Shown: in pieces, positions 38,625 through 48,900 of the stretch
How positions within the stretch are numbered: the first letter of the stretch is position 1
Layout of the letters: each line of letters opens with the position of its first letter
Source of the DNA: an uncultured Chloroflexia bacterium
GTDB taxonomy: Bacteria; Chloroflexota; Limnocylindria; Limnocylindrales; CSP1-4
Assembly (NCBI GenBank): GCA_963725875.1
Contig: CAVRZZ010000006.1
Coordinates: forward strand, 199,531 to 263,530
DNA: 64,000 bases
Direction: 5' to 3'
Notes under the pieces: model-generated
Told to the model about the DNA's origin: nothing
The model's input: the letters and a program-made list of their open reading frames with translations, nothing else
The model's database searches: none
Position numbers and translations under genes: made by a program

Positions 38625-39188
38625 ATGATCGATGCCGAGCCGCCGGTCCCGCCCGTCGTCCACATCCGCCCGGAGCGCGCCGGGGACCCGACCGACGTCG
38701 CGGCCGTCCGGGCCGTCCACCTGGCGGCGTTCCCGACCGACGCCGAGGCGAAGCTGATCGACGCCCTGCGCGCCTCCGGCGAGTACGTCGCCGGGTGGTC
38801 GCTCGTCGCGGAGGTGGAGAGCGAGGTTGTCGGCCACTGCCTCCTCACTGGCGCCACGCTGGAGCGCCCGGACGGGTCCCGCGTCACGGGCCGGGTGATG
38901 GCCCTGGGACCGATCGCCGTCGTGCCGGCCTGGCAAGGGCGGCGCATCGGGGCGAAGCTCATGCACGCGGCGCTGGAGCGCTGCGTCGGCCAGGGCGTCG
39001 CGGCGGTCGTGCTCCTGGGTCACCCGACGTACTACCCGCGGTTCGGCTTCGGGCCCGCGAGGACCCAGGGCCTCCGGCCGCCCGAGCCATGGCCGGATGG
39101 GGCATGGATGGCCTGCCGGCTCGCGGCCTGGACGCCCGCCGACGTCGGCGTCGTCCATTACGCCGCGCCGTTCATGGAGATCGGCTAG
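38625..39188 (+). CDS. GNAT-family N-acetyltransferase
   Basis: IRPERAGDPTDVAAVRAVHLAAF and LGPIAVVPAWQGRRIGAKLMHAAL (acetyl-CoA binding Q/RxxGxG/A). Confidence 0.85.
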   Translation: MIDAEPPVPPVVHIRPERAGDPTDVAAVRAVHLAAFPTDAEAKLIDALRASGEYVAGWSLVAEVESEVVGHCLLTGATLERPDGSRVTGRVMALGPIAVVPAWQGRRIGAKLMHAALERCVGQGVAAVVLLGHPTYYPRFGFGPARTQGLRPPEPWPDGAWMACRLAAWTPADVGVVHYAAPFMEIG

Positions 39189-39222
39189 CGGCGACGCCTC
39201 GTTCGCCCCCCCCGGCGCACGG

Positions 39223-39723
39223 CTATTCGCACACGAGGGGCGGCGCGCACAACGGGAGCAGGTCCGAGACGACGCGGACCGCGCCTGCCTTCGTCCTCTC
39301 GACCTCAACGTAGCTGTCGGGGACGGTGCGCCCGTCGACCGGGGCAAACGTGAACACGACCACGCCACGAGCCGGCTCAAGGGGCGGACATGGAGCCTCG
39401 TTGCGCTCCCGGGCCTCGGCCTGCTGGTCGGGCGGGAGTCCGCTGATGTACTCCTCGGCGACGTCCGGCTGGCAGCGAGGCCCGTGCTCGAACCTCATCC
39501 CGGCGAGCGACGGCAGCCCGGGGGGGAGCGCGCCCGTCGCGACGAGCGCCGCTTCGCCACAGCCGAGTGCGTCCGCCGGTGGCGTCTCCCACTCGGCGGG
39601 GACGCAGACGAGCGGAACCCCGCCGATCGCGGTCGGTGTCGGCGTGGGAAGCAGCCCGCAGGCGGCGACGAGCAGTGCTGTCGCCGCGGCAGCAGGGAGG
39701 GTGCCCAGGCGCCGCCATCTCAT
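39223..39723 (-). CDS. Cys-rich hypothetical lipoprotein
   Basis: MRWRRLGTLPAAAATALLVAACG lipobox. The ATG is 3 nt after the upstream stop. Confidence 0.55.
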   Translation of the reverse strand: MRWRRLGTLPAAAATALLVAACGLLPTPTPTAIGGVPLVCVPAEWETPPADALGCGEAALVATGALPPGLPSLAGMRFEHGPRCQPDVAEEYISGLPPDQQAEARERNEAPCPPLEPARGVVVFTFAPVDGRTVPDSYVEVERTKAGAVRVVSDLLPLCAPPLVCE

Positions 39724-39725
39724 CG

Positions 39726-40475
39726 TCAGTGCAGCGTACCGCCGGAGGTGCCGCGACGGAACCGTTCGGCGAGCCAGACGGCGAGAAGCCCGCCGAGCGC
39801 TGCCGAGAGCACGAGCCAGGCGCCGATTCGCCACGGCTCGATCTGCGCCGCGGGCGGAGCCGCGTCCGTCGTTGACGTGCTCGGAGCGGCCGTCCGTGAG
39901 ACGCCCGCCACGACGAAGGTGCTGCGGCAGATCGTCACGGCCTCGGCCGGGCTCGGTGCCACGCCGGCCTCGCCGGTCGCCGTGCAGCCGGCCGCCGCCG
40001 GGTCGTCGAAGTGGCCGGTGATTGACACCCAGTGGCCCTGGTGCTTCGCCTGCACGTCCCCCAGCGCCGGCGGCACGGCCAGCGCCACGAAGGGCCCCTC
40101 TCCGGGCCGCACGGTCGACGTCCGTGCGACGAAGAGGCTACCGGCCGTCCGGAACCAGCCCGGTTCCAGGCCGTAGGTGTAGGTCCAGCCCACATCGCCC
40201 GGATCGCGCACGAACGCAACCAGATGCAGTGTTCGGCTGCCGTGGCAGGCGAGCCCCGTTTCGGACACGACCATCGGCGCCGTGTCGTACTTCGACACCA
40301 CCGGCCCGGCGGAGTCGCCGGCCAGGATCTCGAGGTCGTACAGCGTGACCTCGCTTCCGGCGTGGCAGGGTGTGGTCGCCGCTGCGGCGAGCTGGGACGG
40401 CAGGGCCGGCAGCAAGAGGCCGCCCACGAACAGGAGCGGGACCATCGCCCGCAGAGCCTGGCGGCACCGCTTCAT
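39726..40475 (-). CDS. Hypothetical secreted protein with a C-terminal TM anchor
   Basis: Signal MKRCRQALRAMVPLLFVGGLLLPALPSQLAAAA, GGAGGGA SD, and a [27 protein letters not shown] anchor. Confidence 0.6.
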   Translation of the reverse strand: MKRCRQALRAMVPLLFVGGLLLPALPSQLAAAATTPCHAGSEVTLYDLEILAGDSAGPVVSKYDTAPMVVSETGLACHGSRTLHLVAFVRDPGDVGWTYTYGLEPGWFRTAGSLFVARTSTVRPGEGPFVALAVPPALGDVQAKHQGHWVSITGHFDDPAAAGCTATGEAGVAPSPAEAVTICRSTFVVAGVSRTAAPSTSTTDAAPPAAQIEPWRIGAWLVLSAALGGLLAVWLAERFRRGTSGGTLH

Positions 40476-40613
40476 CGACGTTCCCTCCGGCCCCGCCGGG
40501 GCCGTGCGATGCGTGGCCGCGCTCGGCGGCGTTCGCGAGCAGGCGCGAGCACCCATGAGACGGTCGACGCGCGTCGTTGTTGCGAAGGTGCCTGCTCCCC
40601 CGGCGCCCGGCGC

Positions 40614-42644
40614 CTACAGCAGTGCCGGGCGCTCGAAGGGCTTCCCCAACAGGTGCTGGTCGAGGAAGGCGAGGACCGTCGCGTACCAGATCCGGGCGTT
40701 CTGCGGCTTCAGGATCCAGTGGTTCTCGTCGGGGAAGTAGAGGAACGTCGCGGGGACCCCGTGGCGGCGCAGGTCGGTCCAGAGCCGCAGCGCCTCGCTG
40801 ACCGGGACGCGGAAGTCCTGCTCGCCGTGGATGACGAGCATCGGCGTCCGAATCGAGGCCAGGTGATCGAAGGGCGACTGGCGGATGTATGGCTCCGGCT
40901 CGCGATACGGGTCGCCCATCTCGAACTCCCAGAAGGCGCCCGTGTCGGTCGTGCCGTGGAAGCCGCGGAGCTCCCACAGGCTGGCGTGGGTGATGATGGC
41001 TCGATAGCGGTCCGTGTGGCCGGCGACCCAGTTCGCCATGTAGCCGCCGTACGAGCCGCCCATGAGGGCGGTCCGCGAAGCGTCCAGGTCCGGCCGCTCG
41101 TCGAGCGCCGCGTCGACGGCCGCGGTCACGTCCTCGTAGGGCGCGCCGCCCCAGTCGTTCCAGCCGCGAGCAACCATGGCCTGGCCGTACCCGGTGGACA
41201 GCGCCGGGTCCGGCATGAGGACTGCGTACCCGCGGGCCGCGAGCACATGCGGGTTCCAGCGCCAGTGCCAGCTGCTCCAGGATCCGAGCGGGCCGCCGTG
41301 GACCCAGACGACCAGCGGCGCCTTCGCACCTGCGGCGGCCCCGGCCGGCCGGACCAGCCAGCTCCCGATGGCGGTGCCGTCCGCCGCGCGGGCCGTCAGC
41401 CGCTCCACGATGCCCGGCGCGGTGACCCCGTGCTCGTCGATTCCGCTGGGAAGCCCATCCGGCACCTGGTCCGCCATCCGTGCGTCCAGGCGCACGATGC
41501 GTGGCGGCGAACCGATGGTCGAGCAAAGGGCGAACAGGGCGTCTCCGTCCGGCGCCGGGCAGAGGTCGCCCAGGGCGCCGGCGACCGACAGCCGGGTGAC
41601 CCGCCCGTCGGCGAGGTCGAACCGGAACGCGGGGTGGTGGCCGTCGTCGTCGGCCGTGAAGAAAACCGCTGCGCCGTCGGACGCCCAGGTCGGGCTTTCC
41701 GGCCAGCGGTCGAGGTCGGCGGCCAGCGTCCGCTGCACACCGGTCGCGAGGTCGATGAGCACCAGCGAAACGCTGCTCGCCTCGTCCGGGCTCCCGAACG
41801 TGACGCGGATCGCAGCTACGGACCGCCCGTCCGGCGAGACCGCCGGGGCGTCGTACCGGGCATCGCCGGGCGTCAGGACGCGCGCGTCGCCGGTCGCCAG
41901 GTCGAAGAGGACCAAATCCTCGCGGATCGCGGGGAGCGCCGAGGCGTCGTTCCGTGCCGCGACGAGGAACGCCCCGTCCGGCGCAAGCGCCATCCCCGTC
42001 TCCTCGAAGGTCAGCGTCTCGACGTCGGGCTGGACGTCGCGCGGTGCAGGGAGCGGCGCCTCCGGGACGGCGTCGAGCGTGGCGACGAAGAGGCGGCGGC
42101 GGCGGGGCGCCAGCCAGTGGTCCCAGTGGCGGATCGGGTAGTCGTCCTCGAAGAGGAGCGCGCCGACCCCGGCCTCCGTGCGCGCCGTGCCCCGCTCGGC
42201 GTCCGCGGCGAAGTCGGCGGCACCCGGGAACATGCCGGCGCCGAACGCAACGACCGGCGCGCTGCGGGCAGCCACGACCCCGTCGACCCCGCCCTCCGGC
42301 GCCGCGAGCAGGCGGGCCTCGCCGCCGTCGGGCGGGAGGAGCCACAAGGCCTGGGTCTTCTTCTCGGGATCCGGCTTCGTGTCCGGGTCCGGCCGGCTCG
42401 ACGTGAAGAGCAGTGAGCCGTCGGGGAGAAATGCCGCCCCGCCGGCCTCACCGGCCGCCGATCGCGTGAGCCGCCGCGGCGGCGCGGTCCCGTCCGGGTC
42501 CACCTGCCAGAGCGCCGAGCGCATCTTCTTGCCCTCGGGGTCGGGGCCGCCGACGGCGACCACCAGCCGCCGCCCATCCGGCGAGAGCCGAAGCCCGGAC
42601 AGGCGCGGCAGCTCCATGAAGCGCTCGAAGTCGAAGTCGGCCAT
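40614..42644 (-). CDS. S9-family serine peptidase (prolyl oligopeptidase / acylaminoacyl-peptidase type)
   Basis: Beta-propeller N-terminal half, WVHGGP, GGSYGGYM nucleophile, and VIHGEQDFRV...ENH. Confidence 0.92.
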   Translation of the reverse strand: MADFDFERFMELPRLSGLRLSPDGRRLVVAVGGPDPEGKKMRSALWQVDPDGTAPPRRLTRSAAGEAGGAAFLPDGSLLFTSSRPDPDTKPDPEKKTQALWLLPPDGGEARLLAAPEGGVDGVVAARSAPVVAFGAGMFPGAADFAADAERGTARTEAGVGALLFEDDYPIRHWDHWLAPRRRRLFVATLDAVPEAPLPAPRDVQPDVETLTFEETGMALAPDGAFLVAARNDASALPAIREDLVLFDLATGDARVLTPGDARYDAPAVSPDGRSVAAIRVTFGSPDEASSVSLVLIDLATGVQRTLAADLDRWPESPTWASDGAAVFFTADDDGHHPAFRFDLADGRVTRLSVAGALGDLCPAPDGDALFALCSTIGSPPRIVRLDARMADQVPDGLPSGIDEHGVTAPGIVERLTARAADGTAIGSWLVRPAGAAAGAKAPLVVWVHGGPLGSWSSWHWRWNPHVLAARGYAVLMPDPALSTGYGQAMVARGWNDWGGAPYEDVTAAVDAALDERPDLDASRTALMGGSYGGYMANWVAGHTDRYRAIITHASLWELRGFHGTTDTGAFWEFEMGDPYREPEPYIRQSPFDHLASIRTPMLVIHGEQDFRVPVSEALRLWTDLRRHGVPATFLYFPDENHWILKPQNARIWYATVLAFLDQHLLGKPFERPALL

Positions 42645-42732
42645 GGTCCTCTCGAATCCCCGCTGAAGCGCGACCGCCCGGCTGGCGCCGGAACCGGCCG
42701 ATGGATGCCCGGACGCCGACCGGGCGCGTGGA

Positions 42733-43485
42733 CTACCTCACCGCTGCCCGCGCGTCGCGGACCCAGCCGAGGAAGCGGCGCGTCCGCTCCGCGATCTCCG
42801 CGCGGTCCCGCCGGGCGATCACGTCCGCGGGGTAGAGGTGCCCGGCGACGCCGAGCGCCGCCGCGCCGGCCGCGATCCAGGCCCGCGTCGCCGCCTCGGT
42901 CGCGAGGACGTTCGTCGGCATCACCTTCGAGCCCGGGCTCGGCGCCAGGAAGTTGCGCACGAAGGCAGGGCCGTCGTAGGCCGCGGCCGGGAAGAGCTTG
43001 ACGATCTCGCAGCCCAGCTCCTCGGCGGCGGCGATCTCCGTCGCGGTCCCGCAGCCGGGGATGTATGCGACCCGGCGGCGGTTGCAGAGCCGGGCCACCT
43101 CCTCGCCGTACGACTGGCCGACGACGAAGCGGGCCCCGGCAGCGATGAAGAGGGCGGCCGTCGGCGCGTCGATGATCGTCCCTGCGCCCAGGATCACGTC
43201 GGGCAGCTCGGCCCGAACGCGGCGCGACAGCTCGACGAAGATCGCGTGGGCGTCATCACCGCGATTGGTGAACTCGATGACCCGCGAGCCGCCCGCGGCG
43301 CAGCCGGCGACCATGTCGAAGGCGGTCCCAGCATCGGAGGCCGTGAACGTGGGCACGGCGCCGTCGTCGAGAATCGTGCGCAGGACCGTGAGGCGATCGG
43401 GGGCGGGCATGGGAGGGGCGGCTCCTCGGGCGGCGGGTTGGGCGGCGGGTTGGGCCACGGGCCGGAGTACGGCGTCCGCGGCCAT
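42733..43485 (-). CDS. eda: KDPG / 4-hydroxy-2-oxoglutarate aldolase family (Eda-like)
   Basis: VIEFTNRG, LGAGTIID, YIPGCGTATE and CEIVKLFPA (Schiff-base Lys). Alternative start is the ATG at 43410. Confidence 0.75.
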   Translation of the reverse strand: MAADAVLRPVAQPAAQPAARGAAPPMPAPDRLTVLRTILDDGAVPTFTASDAGTAFDMVAGCAAGGSRVIEFTNRGDDAHAIFVELSRRVRAELPDVILGAGTIIDAPTAALFIAAGARFVVGQSYGEEVARLCNRRRVAYIPGCGTATEIAAAEELGCEIVKLFPAAAYDGPAFVRNFLAPSPGSKVMPTNVLATEAATRAWIAAGAAALGVAGHLYPADVIARRDRAEIAERTRRFLGWVRDARAAVR

Positions 43486-43522
43486 GGTGCCGGAATTGGG
43501 CGTCTCGCGCACAATCCGCACG

Positions 43523-44713
43523 ATGGACTTGCTGCCGATCAACACGATCGACCTCGTCGTCCTGGTCCTGGTGATCGTCGCGGCCGTGGCCGGCTTCCGG
43601 TCCGGCGCGATCCCCCAGGTGCTGGGGCTCATCGCCGCCGGCGTGGCGATCGCCCTCATCGTCGCGTTCGCGCCGCAGATCACGCTTGCCCTCGCCGGGA
43701 TCGAGCAGCCGGCGCGCGCGCTCGTCGCCATCGGCGGCGCGTTCCTCGTCGTGGCCATGGCCCAGGCGATCGGGTCCGGGCTCGGCGCCACGGTCCGGAA
43801 CCTTCTCGGGGGCGGCCTCGTCGGGGGCATCGACAGCGCGCTCGGGGCGCTCCTCGGCGCAGCCCAGGCGCTCCTGGTGACGTGGCTCATCGGCGGCCTG
43901 CTCGCCACGAGCAGCCTGCCGGTCGTGTCGGCGATGGCCCAGGAGTCGGGCGCCGTCCGCTGGCTGCTCGGCGTGCTCCCTCCGCCCGGCGAGGTGATCG
44001 GCGAGGTCGGGGCGATCATCGACGAGAGCGGGCTGCCACAGGTGTTCAGCGGCCTCGAGCCGCTGCCGGCGGCCCCGATCGATCTGCCGGCGGACGCCGA
44101 GACCACGGCGATCGCGGCCCGCGCGGTGGGCAGCACCGTCCGCGTGGAGGCCCAGGGGTGCGGTGTCTCGTTCACGGGCTCCGCGTTCTCCGTCGCGGAC
44201 GGGTACTTCATCACGAACGCGCACGTCGTGGCGGGTTCCGAGCGGATCATGCTGCGCGGCGTGGCCTCATCCGGGCGCGGGACCGTCGTCCTGTTCGATC
44301 CCGATCTCGACGTGGCCGTGATCCGGGCGACCGACGTGCGCCTTCCCGCCCTCGTCCTGGCGCCGGAGGCTCCGGGAAGGGGCACCGTGGGCGCCACGCT
44401 GGGCTACCCGAACGGCGCCGGCCTGACCGTCCTGCCGGCCGCGGTGACGGCCCAGGTGCGAGCCCGCGGCCGGGACGTGTACGGCGAGGCCCCGGTCGTC
44501 CGCGACGTGCTCGAGCTGCGGGCGGCGATCGAGCCGGGCGCCAGCGGCGGCCCGCTGGTGCTCCCCAACGGGACGGTTGGCGGCGTGGTCTTCGCCGAAT
44601 CGCGGACGGACGACGCGGTCGGCTACGCGCTCGACCCGACGGACGTCGCGGTGGCGGCCATGCCGGGGATCGGCGAGGTGGAGCCGATCGACACGGGGCC
44701 CTGCATCCGGTAG
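43523..44713 (+). CDS. marP: MarP-type membrane serine protease (CvpA-like TM domain plus trypsin-like S1C domain)
   Basis: Four TM helices, then FITNAHVV (His), DLDVAVI (Asp) and EPGASGGPLV (Ser). Confidence 0.88.
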   Translation: MDLLPINTIDLVVLVLVIVAAVAGFRSGAIPQVLGLIAAGVAIALIVAFAPQITLALAGIEQPARALVAIGGAFLVVAMAQAIGSGLGATVRNLLGGGLVGGIDSALGALLGAAQALLVTWLIGGLLATSSLPVVSAMAQESGAVRWLLGVLPPPGEVIGEVGAIIDESGLPQVFSGLEPLPAAPIDLPADAETTAIAARAVGSTVRVEAQGCGVSFTGSAFSVADGYFITNAHVVAGSERIMLRGVASSGRGTVVLFDPDLDVAVIRATDVRLPALVLAPEAPGRGTVGATLGYPNGAGLTVLPAAVTAQVRARGRDVYGEAPVVRDVLELRAAIEPGASGGPLVLPNGTVGGVVFAESRTDDAVGYALDPTDVAVAAMPGIGEVEPIDTGPCIR

Positions 44714-44872
44714 CCGAGGCGACCTCCACGGCCCACGGCACTCCCCGCGGCCCACGGCGCTCCCCGCGAGGCGCCGCCGCACGGCTCATTCCGAGGGACG
44801 GGCACAACGGCACGTGGCATACCCGGGGGCGGCTCCTACAATCGCGGTGGCCGTTCGGCAGAGGAACCTCAG

Positions 44873-47800
44873 ATGGCCACGTGCGGGTCGTGCGGGGGTG
44901 CGAGCCCGGACGGGTTCCGCTTCTGCGGGATTTGCGGGACCCGCCTGTTCGACGACGCCGCTGACGGCGCGCTCGAGACCCGTCGGACCGTCACCCTCCT
45001 CTTCGCCGACGTCACCGGCTCCACGGAGCTCGGCGAGCGCATGGATCCCGAGGCCATGCGGCGCATGCTCGGCCGAACCTTCGCCGCTGCCCGGGAGCTC
45101 ATCGAGCGCCACGGCGGGACGGTCGAGAAGTTCGTCGGCGACGCGGTCATGGCCGTCTTCGGTGTGCCAACCATCCACGAGGACGATGCCCTGCGTGCCG
45201 TTCGGGCCGCAGGCGACCTCGGCCGGGAGCTGGAGCGCATCAACGCGGAGACGGCGCGCGACCACGGGGTGCGCCTCCGGGTCCGCACCGGCATCAACAC
45301 GGGTGAGGTCGTGGCGGGCGATCCGGCCGCTGGCAGCAGCTTCGTGACCGGCGACGCCGTGAACGTGGCGGCACGCCTCGAGCAGGCTGCGGTTCCCGGA
45401 GAGATCCTCCTCGGCGAGGCCACCTACCGGCTGGTCCGCGACGCAGTCGACGTCGAGGGGCCCTTCGAGCTCGACGTCAAGGGCAAGTCCGCGGCGGTGT
45501 CCGCCTACCGCCTGCGCCACGTGGACATGGACGCACCGGCGCGCCTGCGGCGGCTGGACGCCCCGCTGGTTGGGCGGGTTCGCGAGCTTCGGCTGCTGGG
45601 GCACGCCTTCGAGCGGGTCGTCTCCGACCGGGCCTGCCAGCTCTTCACCATCCTGGGCACGGCGGGCGTCGGGAAGAGCCGGCTCGTCGCCGCGTTCCTC
45701 GAGCAGCAGGCGGACGAAGCGACCGTGCTGAGCGGTCGCTGCCTGCCGTACGGCCAGAACATCACCTTCTGGCCGATCGCGGAGATCGTCCGCTCTGCCG
45801 CGGCCATCGCGGCCGACGACGCGCCCGAGGCTGCGCGGGCGAAGGTCCGCGCACTCCTCGACGGCGAGCCGGACGCCGACCTGGTGGCCGAGCGGATCGG
45901 CCAGGCGCTCGCCCTCGACGAGACTCACGCGCCGCTCGAGGAGACGTTCTGGGCGATCCGCCGGCTGCTGGAGGCGCTGGCCCGCGACCGCCCGCTCGTG
46001 GTGGTGATCGACGATCTCCATTGGGCTGCACCCACCCTGCTCGAGCTCGTCGAGCACGCCGTCGACTGGACGCGCGACTCGCCGATCCTCGTGCTCGCCA
46101 TGGGCCGGCCAGAGCTGCTGGACACGCGTCCGGGCTGGGGCGGCGGAAAGCTCAACGCGACCACCATCCTGCTGGAGCCGCTGAGCGAGGTCGAAAGCGG
46201 CGAACTGGTCGACCAGGTCCTGGGCCCCGCGCCACCGGATCCCGCCATCCGCCGCCGGGTTGCCGATGCGTCGGAGGGCAACCCGCTCTTCGTCGAGGAG
46301 CTCGTGGCGATGCTCGTCGACGACGGCCTCCTGCGGCGCGTCGGCGACACCTGGGTCCCGGCGGGCGACCTGTCCCACATCGCGGTCCCGCCGACGGTCG
46401 CGGCGCTCATTGCGGCGCGGCTGGATCGCCTTGATGCCGGGGATCGCGCCATCCTGGAGCGGGCGTCGGTCGTCGGGCGGGTCTTCGAGCGGGCGGCGCT
46501 CGAGGAGCTCATGCGCGGCCCCGATCCGGCGAGCGCCGAGCGGAGCGTGCCGGCACCACCGCTCCACCTCGCCGCGCGCCTGGCCGACCTCGTCCACCGC
46601 GAGCTGATCCGGCCCGAGCGGTCGACGAGCCCCGGCGACGACGCATACCGCTTCCGCCACCTGCTCGTGCGCGATGCGGCGTACGACGGGCTCTCGAAGG
46701 ACCGGCGCGCCGAGCTCCACCTGCGCTTCGCGACGTGGCTGGAGCGCAACGTCGGCGACCGCCTCGTCGAGATCCAGGAGATCGTCGGCTTCCACCTCGA
46801 GCAGGCCCATCGGTATCGTCACGAGATCGGGCCCGTCGGCGATGCCTACGGCGACGCGGCGGTGCGCGGCGCCACCCACCTCGGCGCCGCCGGGCGGCGG
46901 GCGTTGGCGCGGGGAGACCTTCCCGCCGCCGTCGGCCTCCTGGACCGCGCGGCGGCCCTCTTCCCCGACGGCGCGCCGGGGCGCGCTGGCGTCCTCGCCG
47001 CGCTCGGGTCGGCGCTGACCGAGCAGGGCGAGTTCGCGCGCGCCGCAGCGGTCTTCGCCGGCGCCACGGAGGCGGCCGCCGCGGCCGGGGACGCCGAGCA
47101 GGCGTCGCACACCTCCCTCACGCGCCTGCACCTCTTCTTCTTCACCGACCCGAACGGCGTCGCCGAGGCGACCCAGCGCGAGGTCGAGCGGCTGATCCCC
47201 CTCTTCACTGCGCGCGGCGACGAGCTGGGGCTGGCCAAGGCGCGGCGACGCCTCGCGATGGTCTACCGCACGCGCCGGGACATCCGGGGCATGGAGGCCG
47301 AGCTCGAGCGCGCGATTGCCCACGCCCGGGCGGCAGGCGACGGACGCGAGGAGGCGCGCAGCCTCGGCCTGCTGGCGACCGCGGCCTTCATAGGCCCGAT
47401 CACGGCGACCGAGGGGATCGAGCGGTGCAACCGGATCCGGGCCGAAGCTGGAGGCAACTCCATCGTCGAGCGGGCCGTGCTGCTCGCAGTGGCGGGCCTC
47501 GAGGCGATGGGCGGCGCGTTCGTGGCCGCGCGCGGCCACCTCGACGAGCACGCACGCCTCTGCCGGGAGCTCGGGCTTCGCCTCGACGCCGCGGAGGGAG
47601 GAATCCAGCGCGGCTTCGTCGAGCTGCTTGCCGGGGACGCGGCCGCGGCGGGGGCGGCGCTGGCGGCGGCGGTGACGGACCTCCAGGCGATGGGCGAGCG
47701 GGCGAACCTCGCGATGGCTGCGGCGCTGCTCGGCGGCGCGCAGGGCGTGCTCGGCCGGCCCGACGACGCGCTCGCGGCGACACGCCTGGCGGAGGCGATG

Positions 47801-48154
47801 GCCGCCCCCGACGACCTGGGGGCGCAGGTCCTGTGGCGCATGGCCCGAACCGACGTCCTCGGCGCCGGGGCTTCCCTGGACGAGGCCCGGCGCCTGGCCG
47901 AGGAGGCGGTCCGCCTGGCCGGCCAGACGGACTCCCACGAGCTTCGGGGCCAGGCCCGGCGGGCGCTCGCCGACGTCGAGGATCGCCGCTCCGACCCGGC
48001 CGCAGCGCGGGCGGCGCGCGAGCAGGCGCTCCGCTCGTTCGAGCGCAAGGGTGACGTCGTGTCGGCGGCGCGGATCCGCGAGCAGCTCGTGGTCCCGGGC
48101 GAGGGCGGCGGGCCGGGCGAGCCGGCTTCCACCCCGGCGGAGACGCGGCCATGA
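44873..48154 (+). CDS. Class III adenylate/guanylate cyclase fused to a STAND-type AAA ATPase and TPR-like repeats, with an N-terminal zinc ribbon
   Basis: CGSCGG...FCGICG, VTLLFADVTGSTEL, KFVGDAVMAVFG, GINTGEVV and ILGTAGVGKSRL. 1093 aa. Confidence 0.9.
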   Translation: MATCGSCGGASPDGFRFCGICGTRLFDDAADGALETRRTVTLLFADVTGSTELGERMDPEAMRRMLGRTFAAARELIERHGGTVEKFVGDAVMAVFGVPTIHEDDALRAVRAAGDLGRELERINAETARDHGVRLRVRTGINTGEVVAGDPAAGSSFVTGDAVNVAARLEQAAVPGEILLGEATYRLVRDAVDVEGPFELDVKGKSAAVSAYRLRHVDMDAPARLRRLDAPLVGRVRELRLLGHAFERVVSDRACQLFTILGTAGVGKSRLVAAFLEQQADEATVLSGRCLPYGQNITFWPIAEIVRSAAAIAADDAPEAARAKVRALLDGEPDADLVAERIGQALALDETHAPLEETFWAIRRLLEALARDRPLVVVIDDLHWAAPTLLELVEHAVDWTRDSPILVLAMGRPELLDTRPGWGGGKLNATTILLEPLSEVESGELVDQVLGPAPPDPAIRRRVADASEGNPLFVEELVAMLVDDGLLRRVGDTWVPAGDLSHIAVPPTVAALIAARLDRLDAGDRAILERASVVGRVFERAALEELMRGPDPASAERSVPAPPLHLAARLADLVHRELIRPERSTSPGDDAYRFRHLLVRDAAYDGLSKDRRAELHLRFATWLERNVGDRLVEIQEIVGFHLEQAHRYRHEIGPVGDAYGDAAVRGATHLGAAGRRALARGDLPAAVGLLDRAAALFPDGAPGRAGVLAALGSALTEQGEFARAAAVFAGATEAAAAAGDAEQASHTSLTRLHLFFFTDPNGVAEATQREVERLIPLFTARGDELGLAKARRRLAMVYRTRRDIRGMEAELERAIAHARAAGDGREEARSLGLLATAAFIGPITATEGIERCNRIRAEAGGNSIVERAVLLAVAGLEAMGGAFVAARGHLDEHARLCRELGLRLDAAEGGIQRGFVELLAGDAAAAGAALAAAVTDLQAMGERANLAMAAALLGGAQGVLGRPDDALAATRLAEAMAAPDDLGAQVLWRMARTDVLGAGASLDEARRLAEEAVRLAGQTDSHELRGQARRALADVEDRRSDPAAARAAREQALRSFERKGDVVSAARIREQLVVPGEGGGPGEPASTPAETRP

Positions 48155-48900
48155 GCACATCGATCCTGGCGCTGGTCGCGGCCGCGGCGACCGACGTGGG
48201 CCGCGTTCGCCGCGGCAACGAGGACGCCTACCTCGTGGCGCCGCCGGTCTACGCGATCGCCGACGGGATGGGGGGCCATCGCGGTGGCGCGGAGGCCGCG
48301 CAGCTCGCGATGCGCACACTGGCGAGCCGGGTTCCCGAGCTTGCCTCGGCTGACGGGGAGGCGCTCGTCGAGGCCGTGGCCGCCGCCAACCGGGACATCG
48401 TGCTCGCCGCCGAGGAGGACGACGCGCTGCGGGGCATGGCCACCACCTGCACGGCGGCGCTCGTCCGCGGCAGCGTCGCCCGAATCGCGCACGTCGGCGA
48501 CTCGCGGGCGTACCTCCTCCGTGGAGGCCGGTTGATGCAGCTCACGGACGACCACAGCGTTGTGGCGCAGCTCGTGCGGCAGGGCATGCTCTCTCCGGAG
48601 GAGGCCGCGGTCCACCCGGGCCGGAGCGTGGTCTTCCGGGCGCTCGGGACCGAGCCGGACATCGAGGTGGATGCGATCGACGTCGTCCTCGCTGCCGACG
48701 ACCGACTGCTCCTGTGCAGCGACGGCCTGACCGGCATGCTGGGGGACGCCGAGGTCGCCGACATCCTCCGAGAGGTCGTCGACACGGGGCCGGCGGTGGA
48801 GGCGCTCGTGGCGGCCGCCAACGCCGCGGGCGGGACCGACAACATCACGGTCATCCTGGTCGACGTCCACAGCAAGACGAAGCAGGAGCTTGCGCCGTGA
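48151..48900 (+). CDS. PP2C-family Ser/Thr protein phosphatase
   Basis: TDVGRVRRGNEDAY, IADGMGGHRGG, LLCSDGLTG and GGTDNITVILVDV. ATGA overlap with the cyclase stop. Confidence 0.92.
   Translation: MSTSILALVAAAATDVGRVRRGNEDAYLVAPPVYAIADGMGGHRGGAEAAQLAMRTLASRVPELASADGEALVEAVAAANRDIVLAAEEDDALRGMATTCTAALVRGSVARIAHVGDSRAYLLRGGRLMQLTDDHSVVAQLVRQGMLSPEEAAVHPGRSVVFRALGTEPDIEVDAIDVVLAADDRLLLCSDGLTGMLGDAEVADILREVVDTGPAVEALVAAANAAGGTDNITVILVDVHSKTKQELAP

Noticed and set aside
36161-38962. 933-aa minus-strand ORF opposite leuC and leuD
   Set aside because: Antisense artefact of high GC. leuCD motifs on the plus strand are decisive.
44786-48319. 1177-aa minus-strand ORF opposite the cyclase-STAND gene
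   Set aside because: It is antisense to a gene with cyclase and Walker A motifs. Its translation is Arg/Pro/Gly-rich.
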